Shown here: one piece after another, positions 29,055 to 39,878 of the stretch | Layout of the letters: each line of letters opens with the position of its first letter | How positions within the stretch are numbered: the first letter of the stretch is position 1 | NCBI GenBank assembly: GCA_963719505.1 | Contig: CAVRCF010000005.1 | Coordinates: 160,001 to 224,000, forward strand | Reading direction: 5' to 3' | Length of the DNA stretch: 64,000 nucleotides | Origin: Halobacteriovoraceae bacterium | GTDB lineage: Bacteria; Bdellovibrionota; Bacteriovoracia; Bacteriovoracales; Bacteriovoracaceae | Made by a program: the position numbers and the translations under genes | Notes under the pieces: model-generated | Database searches by the model: none | Seen by the model: only the letters and a program-made list of their open reading frames with translations | What the model was told of the DNA's origin: nothing

Positions 29055-29803
29055 TTAAGTTTCTTTTGATCGCTATTTTTCTCGTTTCTTGTCAGCCAGA
29101 GGTAGATTATAAAAATCTATCAACTTCTTCGGCGACTAATTCAGTTGAGGCTTTAGAGATGCTAGAATTTAATCCTCAAATTGAGATGATGATTCTTTTT
29201 TTATGGCCAGAGGATTTAGGACCAGAAGATGAAAAAGAAGTTGTTGAGATTATTTCAACATCGAGAAAGATCTCTGAAGATAAAGAGAGGTATCTAAAAA
29301 ATCTCTATAAGCTCAATATTGAATACTCTCAAAATAATTGCGACTGTCACTCATTTGGCTTGTGTGATGATGAAGTGGAGATGGATGATGAAATCTTGCT
29401 CATCTGTGATGATATTTCTTCTAACCAAGCTTCAAACAATATGATTCTTGCTAATCTCACCTTAGACCATGAATTTATTAAAGAGAAGCTTGCAGCTATT
29501 GGGGCCATTAATATCGATGTTGGAGTAGACGACGACTATCTTGATATCGGAACTTACGACACGGGATCAAAAATTTTAGTTCTCAATAAATTTGGGTATC
29601 TCGGACAAGAAAAGAAAATTGAATTTAAAATTATTCCTTATTTAGATCTCAATCCAAAAGCAAAATTTGAATTCTCCCTTGATGGAGAGGTTTTCAAAGG
29701 AGATCTTGGGATCTCCAATAGAGAGCATAACGTCATCTACTCAGGCGAAATTGAAACAAGTCGTGGTCTGAGAGGCTTAATCTACTGGGAACATCTAAAA
29801 TAA
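29051..29803 (+). CDS. Hypothetical lipoprotein
   Basis: MIKFLLIAIFLVSC lipobox. Confidence 0.65.
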   Translation: MIKFLLIAIFLVSCQPEVDYKNLSTSSATNSVEALEMLEFNPQIEMMILFLWPEDLGPEDEKEVVEIISTSRKISEDKERYLKNLYKLNIEYSQNNCDCHSFGLCDDEVEMDDEILLICDDISSNQASNNMILANLTLDHEFIKEKLAAIGAINIDVGVDDDYLDIGTYDTGSKILVLNKFGYLGQEKKIEFKIIPYLDLNPKAKFEFSLDGEVFKGDLGISNREHNVIYSGEIETSRGLRGLIYWEHLK

Positions 29804-29896
29804 TTCTCTATTAATAAAGTTCTTTTATCAGTTATTCTCATTTTTTTGACTATTAGAGGTGGTTTTGTAACTCTATTGTCTTAAAAAGGAGCTCTT

Positions 29897-30700
29897 ATGG
29901 ATAAAACGAATATAACGAACGAATTTAAAGAAATCATCAAACACGGACCCTATAAACTTCGTTTTCCTGAGGGTGAGCTACTTGATCAAGATGAAGAGTG
30001 GTGTGAGATCTTAATTGATGAGGCTTGGGAAAAAATTAGGTTTCACGACTATAGTGATATCTATAAAATCCCAGGTCTTTACGAGACTATCTTTTATAGA
30101 ACACTGGGGACAAATTCACCCTTTCGTATGAGCGAATTTTTAGAGTCCGTCATGACGGAGAAAATGATCAAGCCCAAAGAACTTAGAGTGCTTGATTTTG
30201 GTGCCGGCAATGGGATGAGCGGTGAAGCTCTGCAAAACATTGGGGTTAGAACAATTGTTGGATCCGATCTTTTGCAGGAAGCTAAGAAGGCCAATTGGCG
30301 AGACCGTCCTTGGGTGTATGCTGACTATTTTGCAGAGGACTTTACAAAACTTTCTGAAAGTACTGTCAAGGAGCTTGAAGGTTATAAATTCAATTGTCTT
30401 CTCACCGTGGCAGCTCTTGGATTTGGCGATATTCCACCAGTGGCATTTTTTAAGGCCTATAATCTTATTGAAGATGGTGGTCTGGTGGTCTTTAATTTAA
30501 GAGACGAATTTCTAAAGACCAAAAATAAAAAAGGTTTCTCCAAACTTATAAGCCATATGCTGCAAGAAGAATTTATGGAAATAGAACTTTATAGAAGGTA
30601 TCAACACCGTTTTAATGTTCATGGAGAGGCGCTTTATTATGTTGGAATAGTTGCCACTAAACATAAAGACTTATGTCTTGATGATTTAAACTTTGATTAG
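29897..30700 (+). CDS. Class I SAM-dependent methyltransferase
   Basis: VLDFGAGNG motif I. Confidence 0.85.
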   Translation: MDKTNITNEFKEIIKHGPYKLRFPEGELLDQDEEWCEILIDEAWEKIRFHDYSDIYKIPGLYETIFYRTLGTNSPFRMSEFLESVMTEKMIKPKELRVLDFGAGNGMSGEALQNIGVRTIVGSDLLQEAKKANWRDRPWVYADYFAEDFTKLSESTVKELEGYKFNCLLTVAALGFGDIPPVAFFKAYNLIEDGGLVVFNLRDEFLKTKNKKGFSKLISHMLQEEFMEIELYRRYQHRFNVHGEALYYVGIVATKHKDLCLDDLNFD

Positions 30701-30728
30701 TGCTTAATCTTACCTCTAGGAATTACAG

Positions 30729-31250
30729 ATGAGACATCTCAAAAGCGTCATCCATCCCGATATCGACACCCTTGAAAATAAGTCTATTGTGGTGAGAAAA
30801 GCTGCCAGAGCGATTGCTCTTAGGGCACAGAAGATTCTTATGTTGTACACGCAAAGATATGATGACTACAGTCTGCCTGGAGGGGGCTTGGATCAGGATG
30901 AGCAAATCATTGATGGAATGAGACGAGAATTAGAAGAGGAGACTGGAGCAAAAAATATAAGAGATATAAAAGAGTTTGGGATCTATGAAGAATTTAGACC
31001 TTGGTATAAGAGTGACTATGATATTCAGCATATCATTTCGTTTTGCTACACCTGCAGCGTTGATGAACGTCTTGGCCAAACGGCTTTTGAGCACTACGAA
31101 GTAAGCAATGGCATGAAGCCGGTTTGGATCAATATCCATGACGCCATTGCTCACAATGAGAAAACCCAAGCTTTTAGTGACAAAAAAGGCATGTCTATTG
31201 AAAGAGAGATCTCTCTTTTGCATCTGATAAAGAATGAACTCATCAAGTAA
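30729..31250 (+). CDS. NUDIX hydrolase
   Basis: PGGGLDQDE...RELEEETG Nudix box. Confidence 0.92.
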   Translation: MRHLKSVIHPDIDTLENKSIVVRKAARAIALRAQKILMLYTQRYDDYSLPGGGLDQDEQIIDGMRRELEEETGAKNIRDIKEFGIYEEFRPWYKSDYDIQHIISFCYTCSVDERLGQTAFEHYEVSNGMKPVWINIHDAIAHNEKTQAFSDKKGMSIEREISLLHLIKNELIK

Positions 31251-31281
31251 GTTGATAAAAAATATCTTGTGTGATCAGCTT

Positions 31282-31818
31282 TTATAATCTCTTTATTACG
31301 CTAACTGGGACCGCTCTTTCATCTGAGGCCAGATTCATGATGCCATCTTCAATCGTGCAAGTCAGCCTCATCGATTTTTCGACAAGGTCTTCAAGATTCC
31401 CATCTTCCAATAGCTCAAAGTGATAGATATTGATTTTTTCGTTATCAATGAATTTATCCTTGATTTTGGTTAGCCACTCTTGGGTTTTATTTTTGTGGTA
31501 GGTATAAATACTCACTTTCTTCGATTTACCAGCAGCTTGCTTTATTCTTTTCTCATCCGGTAAACCCAGCTCAATCCAGTGAAGAATGTCACCTGTAAGA
31601 CTTTGTTGCCATAACTCGGGCTCATCCACATTGGAGAGTCCTTGTGTAAATTTTAAATCCTCATGAGCACTATGGATGAAGGCCAAGAGGCGAAACATCA
31701 TACGCGACTCACTTTCTGAGGGGTGCTGGGCCAATGTCAGATCAAACTCTTGGTAAAAGTGAGTTTCAAGATTTGAGATGAAAATATTTAGTTTATATAT
31801 GGTCGCACTCAAGGCCAT
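31282..31818 (-). CDS. yaeQ: YaeQ family protein
   Basis: MALSATIYK, LAQHPSE, GLSNVDEPELW and WIELGLPD. Confidence 0.9.
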   Translation of the reverse strand: MALSATIYKLNIFISNLETHFYQEFDLTLAQHPSESESRMMFRLLAFIHSAHEDLKFTQGLSNVDEPELWQQSLTGDILHWIELGLPDEKRIKQAAGKSKKVSIYTYHKNKTQEWLTKIKDKFIDNEKINIYHFELLEDGNLEDLVEKSMRLTCTIEDGIMNLASDERAVPVSVIKRL

Positions 31819-32038
31819 TAAAACTCCTAAGATTGAGATTGAGAACTTAAAGCTTAGCTTTATGACGTACTCAAGACAATAACTTTTACTAAGTAGTAAC
31901 CTGTAATAGTCAGCTACTTCGTTCAAGAAAAGTAAATAACATACAACCTTAATAACTTTTAAGGTTCTTTATTAAATATTTAAAGTAAAATTGTCGATAG
32001 TGAACAACACTATAAAACCAGAGACGGAAAAGTAATTT

Positions 32039-35000
32039 ATGGCCACTGAAGCACCTTTACCAGACTCTGAGGAAGAGAGAATTGAACAGCTTAAAAGCTT
32101 TAGCATTCTCGATACTGAGGAAGAAGAGTTATTCGATGAGATAGCGCGAACAGCAGCAGCTATTTGTGAAACCAAAATTTCATTAATTAGTCTTGTTGAC
32201 TCTAATCGTCAGTGGTTTAAATCTCACCATGGATTGGAAGCTCGTGAAACACCCCGAAATATTTCTTATTGTGGTCATGCAATACTGGGTGATGATGTTT
32301 TCATTGTTGAAGATTCTCAAAAGGACGAAAGATTTCGAGACAACCCTCTTCATTTGAGTGCACCACATGTAAGATTTTATGCCGGTGCACCTTTAGTAAC
32401 ACAATCTGGCCATAAAATTGGAACTCTTTGTGTTATAGATCACGAACCAAGAAAACTGACTAAAACGCAGGTATCGGCTCTAAAGTCTTTATCGCGGCAA
32501 GTTGTATCCTACCTAGAGCTACGAAAAAACCAAAAAAAAATTAGTGATCTTGAGTCAAATGCTAAAAAACTACTGTCCAATATGGCCGAAGGTTTTGTTA
32601 TCCAAAACCAAAAAGGGGAGATAGTTGAATTTAATGATTCCGCTTTGAAAATTCTAGATGTTTCGGCTGACCAGCTCTTAGGAGCAGATCAACTCGATCC
32701 GAAATGGCAAACTATAAAAGAAGATTACTCACCTTTTCCTCCTATTGAGCATCCTTCTTTAGTGTGTTTAAAGACAGGCAAGAAGGTTCAAGATGTTATT
32801 ATGGGGGTAATGACTCCTACTAATAAACTGAGCTGGATTAAAATTAACTCTAGTCCTATAAAGATAGACAATGAAAGTCATTGTCTTACAACCTTTCAGG
32901 ATATCACTCAAGAGAAACTTCAGTTAAATTCAAAAGAAGAGGTCCTTGCAAGTATTAGTGAGGGATACTGGGACTGGAAAATACAAGAAGACTTTGAATA
33001 CATGTCTCCAAAGTTTTGGGAGATTTTAGGGATCGATCCTAAAACGAAAAAACATCATCCTGGAGAATGGCAAAAACTCATTTTTCCTGATGACTTAAAG
33101 TTATTAAATGAAAATTATGATCTTCACGTTGAGTCCAAGGGAGAGCATGTATTTAATCAAAATGTTAGATACTACCACTCTGATGGAAGAATTATTTGGG
33201 TTAAGTACGAAGGAAAAGTCATCGAGTGGGACGGTGATAAACCTGTTCGAATGGTTGGTACTCAAAGAGATGTTACAGATGAATTAAAAAGAACTCTAGA
33301 CAATGAGGCCTATGCTAAAGGTCTAGATACTTACGCAATAGTTGCGAGAACAGATTTCAACGGTGTCATCACTTACGTTAATGATAAATTTTGTCAAATA
33401 AGTGGATATGACTGTGAAGAACTAATTGGAAATACTCATAGCCTAATAAATTCCGGATACCACGACGATGCTTTTTTTAAAAACTTTTGGGAGACGATCA
33501 AAAGTGGAAAGCAGTGGAGAGGGGAAATTAAAAATAAAGCTAAAAATGGTGATATATACTGGGTGGATACAACCATTACTCCCGCCTTAGATGACCGTGG
33601 AAATGTCGTCGATTTTTTTTCTTTTCGCTATGATATAACAGAGCGAAAAAACAAAGAGAAAAGAGATCTCTTTATCTCTCAGATCCGAAAGCAATACATT
33701 AAGAGCTACGAGGATCCAAAACCTTTCTTTGATTATCTCTTGGCGAGAGTTGTTGAAATCTCTGATAGCGAGTATGGTTTTATCGGAAGAATTCTTTTAG
33801 ATGAAAATGGTGAAAAGTATTTAAAGACCTACGCTTTAACAGATATTTCTTGGGATGAGAAAACGAGAGAGCTCTTTCAAAACAATTCACTAGAAGGGCT
33901 TGATTTTAGAAACTTAGACACTCTTTTTGGACAAGTTATTAAAACTGAGACAAAACTTATTACGAATAATCCCAGTGAGCACGAAAGCTCCGGTGGGCTT
34001 CCCTTTGGGCACCCTCCTTTAAAATCTTTCTTAGGGATTCCTTTTTTTCAAAGTGATAAATTTATTGGGATGGTGGGAGTAGCCAATCGAGCCATTGGTT
34101 ACTCAGAAGAGTTTTATCAATTCATCGCCCCTCTCATTGAAGTCATCGGAGAGACAGTCGGTAGTTATCATCTTCAAAAACAAATCAAGAGAAAAGATCA
34201 TGAACTTCTAGAAGCATTAAGGATTATTGAGATACAGAATAAAATTTTGACAGTTTCAACTCAAGATAAACCTTTAACCGAAAAACTAAAAGATTCATTG
34301 GATATTGTTTTAAGCATTGATTGGCTTTCAATTAAAAAACAAGGTGGAATCTTTCTTAAAAAAGATAATGCTGACAAACTAATATTAACTGCTCAGTACG
34401 ATTTAGCGACTCCACTTTTGAGCATTTGTAGAGAAATCGACTTTGGCGAGTGCCTGTGTGGAAGAGCTGCAAAAGAGCGAAAAACAATTTTTACTGGATG
34501 TGTCGATCATCGTCATGAAAATACCTTTGAGGGAATGAAGCCTCATGGACATTATAGTGTTCCCATTTTTTATGGTGAAAAACTGCAAGGTGTTATTGTA
34601 CTTTATCTTGATCATGGACATATTGGAGATGAAAGTGAAGTTAATGCTTTAGAGCGAATTTCTCAAAGTATTGGTACTCTTATTTACACCTCTAAAGTTA
34701 AAGAACAACTAGAGAAACAAGAACGTTTCTCCTTTCATAACGCTAAACTAGCCTCACTAGGTCAACTTGCTGCAGGGGTTGGACATGAAATAAACAATCC
34801 CATGGCCATCGTGAAAGGACACACAAGCTTTCTTAAAAAATATATAGACCAGGATACACCTAATCGTGAAAAGTTTAATGAGAGCCTTAATATAATAAAT
34901 TTAGCTGTTGATCGGGTTACGACGATTGTAAAAGGCTTAAAAACTTTCTCTCGATCCGATATGGGGGATTTTACCACTTTTAATATGTCAGTGATGCTAT

Positions 35001-35863
35001 TTGAAACAGTAGATATGTTAAAGGAGATTTACGTTAAAGAAGCTGTTTCAATTGAGGTTGATATAGAAAGTGATCTTTATATAATGGGGGATCGAGGACG
35101 ACTTCAGCAGGTCATTATAAATCTTTTTTCTAATGCAAAAGATGCCATGAAGGGTAAATTCAATAAGATCATTTTAACTGCCAAATCTTCCTTTGGATCG
35201 GTTGAAATATGGGTGAGAGATAATGGAGCGGGCATCCCTGATGATATCATCGATAAAGTTTTTGATCCTTTTTTCACCTCAAAGGGTGTTAACGAAGGAA
35301 CTGGTATAGGTCTGGCTTTGTCCCATCAAATTGTTGTTGAACATAGTGGCAAACTAGAGATAGAGAGCACGGGTGTTAATGGGACAACATTTTATATTAG
35401 TTTGAAGCAAGCAGCTTTTGAGAAGACAGTTTCAGAAAATATTCATCCAGAACCATCAATTGAGGCTGCTGAAATATCCGGAACAGTTTTAATTGTTGAA
35501 GACGAAAAGCCTATAAGAGATATTATAGAGCTCTTTGTAAGTGAATTTGGACACAAGGTGATTACTGCTGAAAATGGGAGAGTTGCTTGGGATCTTTATC
35601 AAAAGGAAAGTGCATCTATAGATATTATCATTACTGATATGCAGATGCCAGAGATGGATGGCCAAGAACTACTGACAAAGATCCATTCTTTTTCTGATTC
35701 AAGACCAGGATGTCTCATTATTACTGGTGGTGTTAATATTAATTTTGAAGATCAAAATTCAGATTTAGGAAAACTTATCGATGGGTTTATTCCAAAACCT
35801 TTTGATATGGATATTGTTGGTGGCAAGATAAAAGATCTTCTGATTAAAAATAAATCAAAGTAG
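32039..35863 (+). CDS. Cytoplasmic hybrid histidine kinase (GAF-PAS-PAS-PAS-GAF-GAF-HisKA-HATPase-REC)
   Basis: RFYAGAPL GAF; PAS motifs; GHEINNP; DNGAGI; GTGIGL; IITDMQMP. Confidence 0.92.
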   Translation: MATEAPLPDSEEERIEQLKSFSILDTEEEELFDEIARTAAAICETKISLISLVDSNRQWFKSHHGLEARETPRNISYCGHAILGDDVFIVEDSQKDERFRDNPLHLSAPHVRFYAGAPLVTQSGHKIGTLCVIDHEPRKLTKTQVSALKSLSRQVVSYLELRKNQKKISDLESNAKKLLSNMAEGFVIQNQKGEIVEFNDSALKILDVSADQLLGADQLDPKWQTIKEDYSPFPPIEHPSLVCLKTGKKVQDVIMGVMTPTNKLSWIKINSSPIKIDNESHCLTTFQDITQEKLQLNSKEEVLASISEGYWDWKIQEDFEYMSPKFWEILGIDPKTKKHHPGEWQKLIFPDDLKLLNENYDLHVESKGEHVFNQNVRYYHSDGRIIWVKYEGKVIEWDGDKPVRMVGTQRDVTDELKRTLDNEAYAKGLDTYAIVARTDFNGVITYVNDKFCQISGYDCEELIGNTHSLINSGYHDDAFFKNFWETIKSGKQWRGEIKNKAKNGDIYWVDTTITPALDDRGNVVDFFSFRYDITERKNKEKRDLFISQIRKQYIKSYEDPKPFFDYLLARVVEISDSEYGFIGRILLDENGEKYLKTYALTDISWDEKTRELFQNNSLEGLDFRNLDTLFGQVIKTETKLITNNPSEHESSGGLPFGHPPLKSFLGIPFFQSDKFIGMVGVANRAIGYSEEFYQFIAPLIEVIGETVGSYHLQKQIKRKDHELLEALRIIEIQNKILTVSTQDKPLTEKLKDSLDIVLSIDWLSIKKQGGIFLKKDNADKLILTAQYDLATPLLSICREIDFGECLCGRAAKERKTIFTGCVDHRHENTFEGMKPHGHYSVPIFYGEKLQGVIVLYLDHGHIGDESEVNALERISQSIGTLIYTSKVKEQLEKQERFSFHNAKLASLGQLAAGVGHEINNPMAIVKGHTSFLKKYIDQDTPNREKFNESLNIINLAVDRVTTIVKGLKTFSRSDMGDFTTFNMSVMLFETVDMLKEIYVKEAVSIEVDIESDLYIMGDRGRLQQVIINLFSNAKDAMKGKFNKIILTAKSSFGSVEIWVRDNGAGIPDDIIDKVFDPFFTSKGVNEGTGIGLALSHQIVVEHSGKLEIESTGVNGTTFYISLKQAAFEKTVSENIHPEPSIEAAEISGTVLIVEDEKPIRDIIELFVSEFGHKVITAENGRVAWDLYQKESASIDIIITDMQMPEMDGQELLTKIHSFSDSRPGCLIITGGVNINFEDQNSDLGKLIDGFIPKPFDMDIVGGKIKDLLIKNKSK

Positions 35864-36598
35864 TTATATAATCGGTTTAATTTTTATCTCATTTAAAACT
35901 TCTTCTATCACTTTTTTAATTCCCTCTTGATTGGCGATGCCATAGAGTTCGTACTGCGATTGAGTGAGGACTTTATTTATTTCTCTTTTTTCATCTTTAG
36001 TTTTGTGATGACTATTTGAAAAGTCTAACTTTTTCAAATTCACGTAAAATAAGATGTTAAGATCAGCCCCATCCATTTTAAACTGGATAATCATTTTTTG
36101 AATACTGGCCCATTCTTTAGAGTCAGGGGCTTTCGCAGCTGCTTCAATAAAGCCTTTTTTATTTTTAAAAGCCTTAAGTTGAAAACGAAAAAATTGTTCA
36201 AAAGTTTTCACAAAATATAAGATAGGTTTTATTGGGGTGATATTAATTTGTAAAAAGCCTGCATCAAAAGGAGTCTTTATATCTCCGTAAATAATATAAA
36301 GACTACCAGAGGTGTCTGTAATGGGACAGTTATCTGAGAGATTAAAATTGAATTCCATCTCAGAGGCTTTTGATGGCAGAGCTATACTTTCAAGGACGGT
36401 TATAGCCTTTTCATCTTTGGCCTTAAACTTTTTACTCGCACAAAAACACAAATGACATCCAAGAAAAGATAGATCTGATTTTTGATCAGTGTGGTCTAAG
36501 GCCTTAAAGGTTCCTGATACTGTCTCTCCCTGGCTCCATGACTCTCCATCAATCGTTATATTTAATTCGAGTGGCTTTTTAAAGAATGTTCCTTTCAT
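35864..36598 (-). CDS. Hypothetical protein (arrestin/SpoOM-like N-terminus possible)
   Basis: 244-aa ORF; WSQGETVSG start. Confidence 0.55.
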   Translation of the reverse strand: MKGTFFKKPLELNITIDGESWSQGETVSGTFKALDHTDQKSDLSFLGCHLCFCASKKFKAKDEKAITVLESIALPSKASEMEFNFNLSDNCPITDTSGSLYIIYGDIKTPFDAGFLQINITPIKPILYFVKTFEQFFRFQLKAFKNKKGFIEAAAKAPDSKEWASIQKMIIQFKMDGADLNILFYVNLKKLDFSNSHHKTKDEKREINKVLTQSQYELYGIANQEGIKKVIEEVLNEIKIKPII

Positions 36599-36650
36599 AG
36601 GAGGACTTTATAGAAACCAAAGCTTGGAGTCAAAAGCTTATCCTCTTCAA

Positions 36651-36665
36651 TGGCACGAACCATGC
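36651..36665 (+). promoter_or_regulatory. Sigma54 promoter
   Basis: TGGCACG-AACC-ATGC, near consensus. Confidence 0.7.
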
Positions 36666-36764
36666 AACATATTATTATATAAACAGTTAAGTTTACGTGA
36701 AAACGACAAGTTATAGTGTTTTTGGGTGTCACATTCCTAACACTTGTACAAAACGGGAGATTGC

Positions 36765-37820
36765 ATGAAGTTACTATCTTTTTTATTACTCGGAGTATTC
36801 CTTTTAAGTTCAGGGACAGTTTTTGGTCAAAGTTCTACCGAAGATAGTGGTCCAAGGCTTGATCCACAAAAGATTACCAAATTCATCTCAGATCTCTTTA
36901 GAGAAAAGACTCCAGAAGAAAAAGCTTTGAGAAAAGAAAATAGAGAACAAAGAAGAGCGGCCAGGGAAGCTAGAAGAAGGAAAAAAAGACAATTAAAATG
37001 CTCTATTGCAAAGTCTTTGAAGCCTGATTGTTGGCAAGAAAGAGATGAAGCCGTTATTAATGTTGCTCTTGTCTATTACGGTGATGATTCGATGAAATTA
37101 AGTGATCTCAATAGAATTGAACCAATACTGCAAGAGAGATTTCTTAAGGCCACAGATCACGCCCTTCGACTAAACGTCGTAGCAAAGAGAGTTCTTCCAT
37201 TTAAACAACAAATGCCAAAGAATTTCACGTATAAAGATATCACTGACAAAAAAAGACTTCAAAGAATTTGGTACTATGAAAATGTTGGAGCAAAAGTTCT
37301 AACAGAAGTTTATGAAGAATACACTTCAGCTGAAGATATCGAAACTGTTCACAGACTTGATGCCGTTTTAACAATAACCAGCGCACAGTTTAATGCTCTT
37401 GGATTTGCGACAGGAAGAATGTCAGTGACAGAGTATCCTTCAGAAGTTGCTTTTGGAGCGCCAGGTGGAGGACGAGTCGATTATCCATCTGACTTTACTC
37501 TTGTTGATGAACTTATCCATGAGCTTGGACATAATATGTTTTTAGGCCACACTTCAACTCCTTGCCTTGTTTCAAAAATACAAGAACAAATGGGGATTAC
37601 GACGATCACAAGAGAATTACTTCAAGAAGTTGATAGATGTTGTGCTGATTCTCCAAGTGGTAATGATGTTATGTCTTACTGTAGAAAAAGAGGAAATGTT
37701 TCAGAGGACTTTATGCATGGGTTTGAGAGTTGTAATCTCGATATGATTAAAAATAAGATCATTCCAAATATGCTTAAGGGTGGAACTTGGTTTACTCCTA
37801 ATAGATCTCGATGTATCTAG
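36765..37820 (+). CDS. Secreted metzincin zinc metalloprotease
   Basis: Signal peptide; HELGHNMFLGH and VMSY Met-turn. Confidence 0.8.
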   Translation: MKLLSFLLLGVFLLSSGTVFGQSSTEDSGPRLDPQKITKFISDLFREKTPEEKALRKENREQRRAAREARRRKKRQLKCSIAKSLKPDCWQERDEAVINVALVYYGDDSMKLSDLNRIEPILQERFLKATDHALRLNVVAKRVLPFKQQMPKNFTYKDITDKKRLQRIWYYENVGAKVLTEVYEEYTSAEDIETVHRLDAVLTITSAQFNALGFATGRMSVTEYPSEVAFGAPGGGRVDYPSDFTLVDELIHELGHNMFLGHTSTPCLVSKIQEQMGITTITRELLQEVDRCCADSPSGNDVMSYCRKRGNVSEDFMHGFESCNLDMIKNKIIPNMLKGGTWFTPNRSRCI

Positions 37821-37832
37821 CATATTGATATA

Positions 37833-38888
37833 GTGAAAATCTTCAGTTATGGTAGGGTGGTGAAGCAATCATTCTACCAATTAACCCATCCTCAATTAAC
37901 GGCAATTCTGAAAAAACAGAACTTTAATAGCTCCGGGGCAAACCTCCTATTTAATTGGCATTATAAAAAAAGAGAAACCTCTGCGTGCACGACTGATTTG
38001 GCCAAAGAGACAAGACAATATCTAGAAGAGAATTTCGACTTCCAACTTCCAACAATTGATCAAGCCTTTGAATCCAAAGATAAGACAGTTAAATTTTTAT
38101 TTAAACTTAAAGATGGAAATAAGGTTGAGACGGTGCTCATTCCCTTTAATAATCGCTATTCTATTTGCCTGTCTTCCCAGGTAGGGTGTGCCATGAAGTG
38201 CTCTTTTTGTTTTACGGGAACCCAAGGCTATAAAAGAAATCTTACGGCTGATGAAATTGTTGGGCAGTATCTTAAAGCTTGTCAGTGGCTTGAAAGCGAA
38301 AGACCAGAAGATGGGAAAATTCTCAATATCGTTTTTATGGGACAAGGCGAGCCACTGCATAATTTTGATAATGTACGAGATGCCTGTGAGATTTTAATTT
38401 CACAAGCTGGAACTTCAATAGCCACTCAGAAAATAACGATATCGACCTCGGGTTATTTGCCTGGTTTAAAAAGGTGGATTGATGAGATGCCTGGAGTTAA
38501 TCTCGCATTGTCTTTGCACTCTCCCATAAAAGAGAAAAGAGATGAGCTTATTCCTATTAATAAGAATTATCCTCTGCAAGACGTCTTGGCCTATATAGAT
38601 AAAATCCCTCTTAAGAAAAAACAATTCATCGTTTTTGAATACCTTCTCGTTGCCGACTTCAATGATACCAAAGATGATGCTCATGCAACTGGTGCTCTTC
38701 TTCGTGATAAAGGGGCCCATGTCAATTTAATACCCTTTAATCCCTTTCCGGGCTCAAAGTATAGAAGACCAGACAATGGGAGTATCTTTGCTTTTCAGCA
38801 TATCTTGGAATCCTATGGTATCGCCGCCTTAGTAAGGGCTACCAAAGGTGATGATGTCCTGGCCGCTTGTGGACAGCTGAAGACCTAA
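37833..38888 (+). CDS. rlmN: 23S rRNA/tRNA m2A radical SAM methyltransferase
   Basis: CLSSQVGCAMKCSFC, MGQGEPL, NLIPFN and AACGQL. Confidence 0.93.
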   Translation: MKIFSYGRVVKQSFYQLTHPQLTAILKKQNFNSSGANLLFNWHYKKRETSACTTDLAKETRQYLEENFDFQLPTIDQAFESKDKTVKFLFKLKDGNKVETVLIPFNNRYSICLSSQVGCAMKCSFCFTGTQGYKRNLTADEIVGQYLKACQWLESERPEDGKILNIVFMGQGEPLHNFDNVRDACEILISQAGTSIATQKITISTSGYLPGLKRWIDEMPGVNLALSLHSPIKEKRDELIPINKNYPLQDVLAYIDKIPLKKKQFIVFEYLLVADFNDTKDDAHATGALLRDKGAHVNLIPFNPFPGSKYRRPDNGSIFAFQHILESYGIAALVRATKGDDVLAACGQLKT

Positions 38889-38985
38889 AAAATTTGTAGT
38901 TTTTATATGAGTAGATGGTTTCTATTTAGGATGTCTTTAAAGTGGGGTATCAAAGTTTTCATAACCGAAAGTTAAGGATTACCCT

Positions 38986-39474
38986 TTGAAAATTATAATC
39001 TTATCATTTATTTTGCTCACCCAAGTCAGTTTTGCTCAATCTTTGCAGGAGTTTAATCTTCTGTCTGACGATCAAAAAATTGAGCTCATTTATTCAAGTG
39101 AATTTATAGAAGTTGATGATCAACAGACAATGAGTGAATTACTTTTGCCCGAGCTTTTAGGGAAGGTTCATACTTTGGCCAATTCCCTGGTGGACGTTTG
39201 GGGTGATACTGTCCTTGAAGGTCCCTATGCTATTGTTCAGGTGGATCTGTCAGTGACAGTTGAGAGTCTCTTTATTAAAAATAATCAGATCTATGCCATT
39301 AAAGCGAGTGTCTCAAATCCGGCTATTATAATTGAATCAGAGGACTGTCATTACAGTTACGAGTCAAGTCAGTATACGGATGAATGTTACGAGGGAATAA
39401 TCTCTCAAGACTTTTATCTCGATGTTAATGGGCAAGAGATAGAATCAGATAACTATGCAGATTTTGATAGTTAA
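38986..39474 (+). CDS. Secreted acidic hypothetical protein
   Basis: Signal peptide ending VSFA. Confidence 0.6.
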   Translation: MKIIILSFILLTQVSFAQSLQEFNLLSDDQKIELIYSSEFIEVDDQQTMSELLLPELLGKVHTLANSLVDVWGDTVLEGPYAIVQVDLSVTVESLFIKNNQIYAIKASVSNPAIIIESEDCHYSYESSQYTDECYEGIISQDFYLDVNGQEIESDNYADFDS

Positions 39475-39740
39475 ATAAGAACATCAACATAAGTCGTTCC
39501 ACTATTAACGGAAGACTTCGCCTTGGCACTTTGACCTTTTATAAGAACTTTCTTCTCAGTAAAAAGCCTCTTCATATGAAGTTTTGAGATCTGGCTGAGC
39601 TGTTCGTTTTCTGTCTGAGAACGAAGGGCTTCCATAAGAATTACATCCAGTCTTGGAGCAGAAGCTTCAAGTTCTAAAGTAACACGAAAGGAATTGTCTG
39701 GTTGTTCTGGTATCTTATAAGTCATGCCTTGATTTAGCAT
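39471..39740 (-). CDS. Small S4-like RNA-binding domain protein
   Basis: RLDVIL...ISK..MKRLFTEKKVLIKG. Confidence 0.55.
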   Translation of the reverse strand: MLNQGMTYKIPEQPDNSFRVTLELEASAPRLDVILMEALRSQTENEQLSQISKLHMKRLFTEKKVLIKGQSAKAKSSVNSGTTYVDVLI

Positions 39741-39878
39741 TCAAGCTTCAGAGAGTCAATTTAACCTTATGCTAATCTCATATGTAAAATCTCTAGTTAT
39801 GCGGATCATTGATGGCCATATAGGATATTTACAGTTAACTACAGTCTTTAATAAAATTTGATGAATTTGCGGTAAAAG

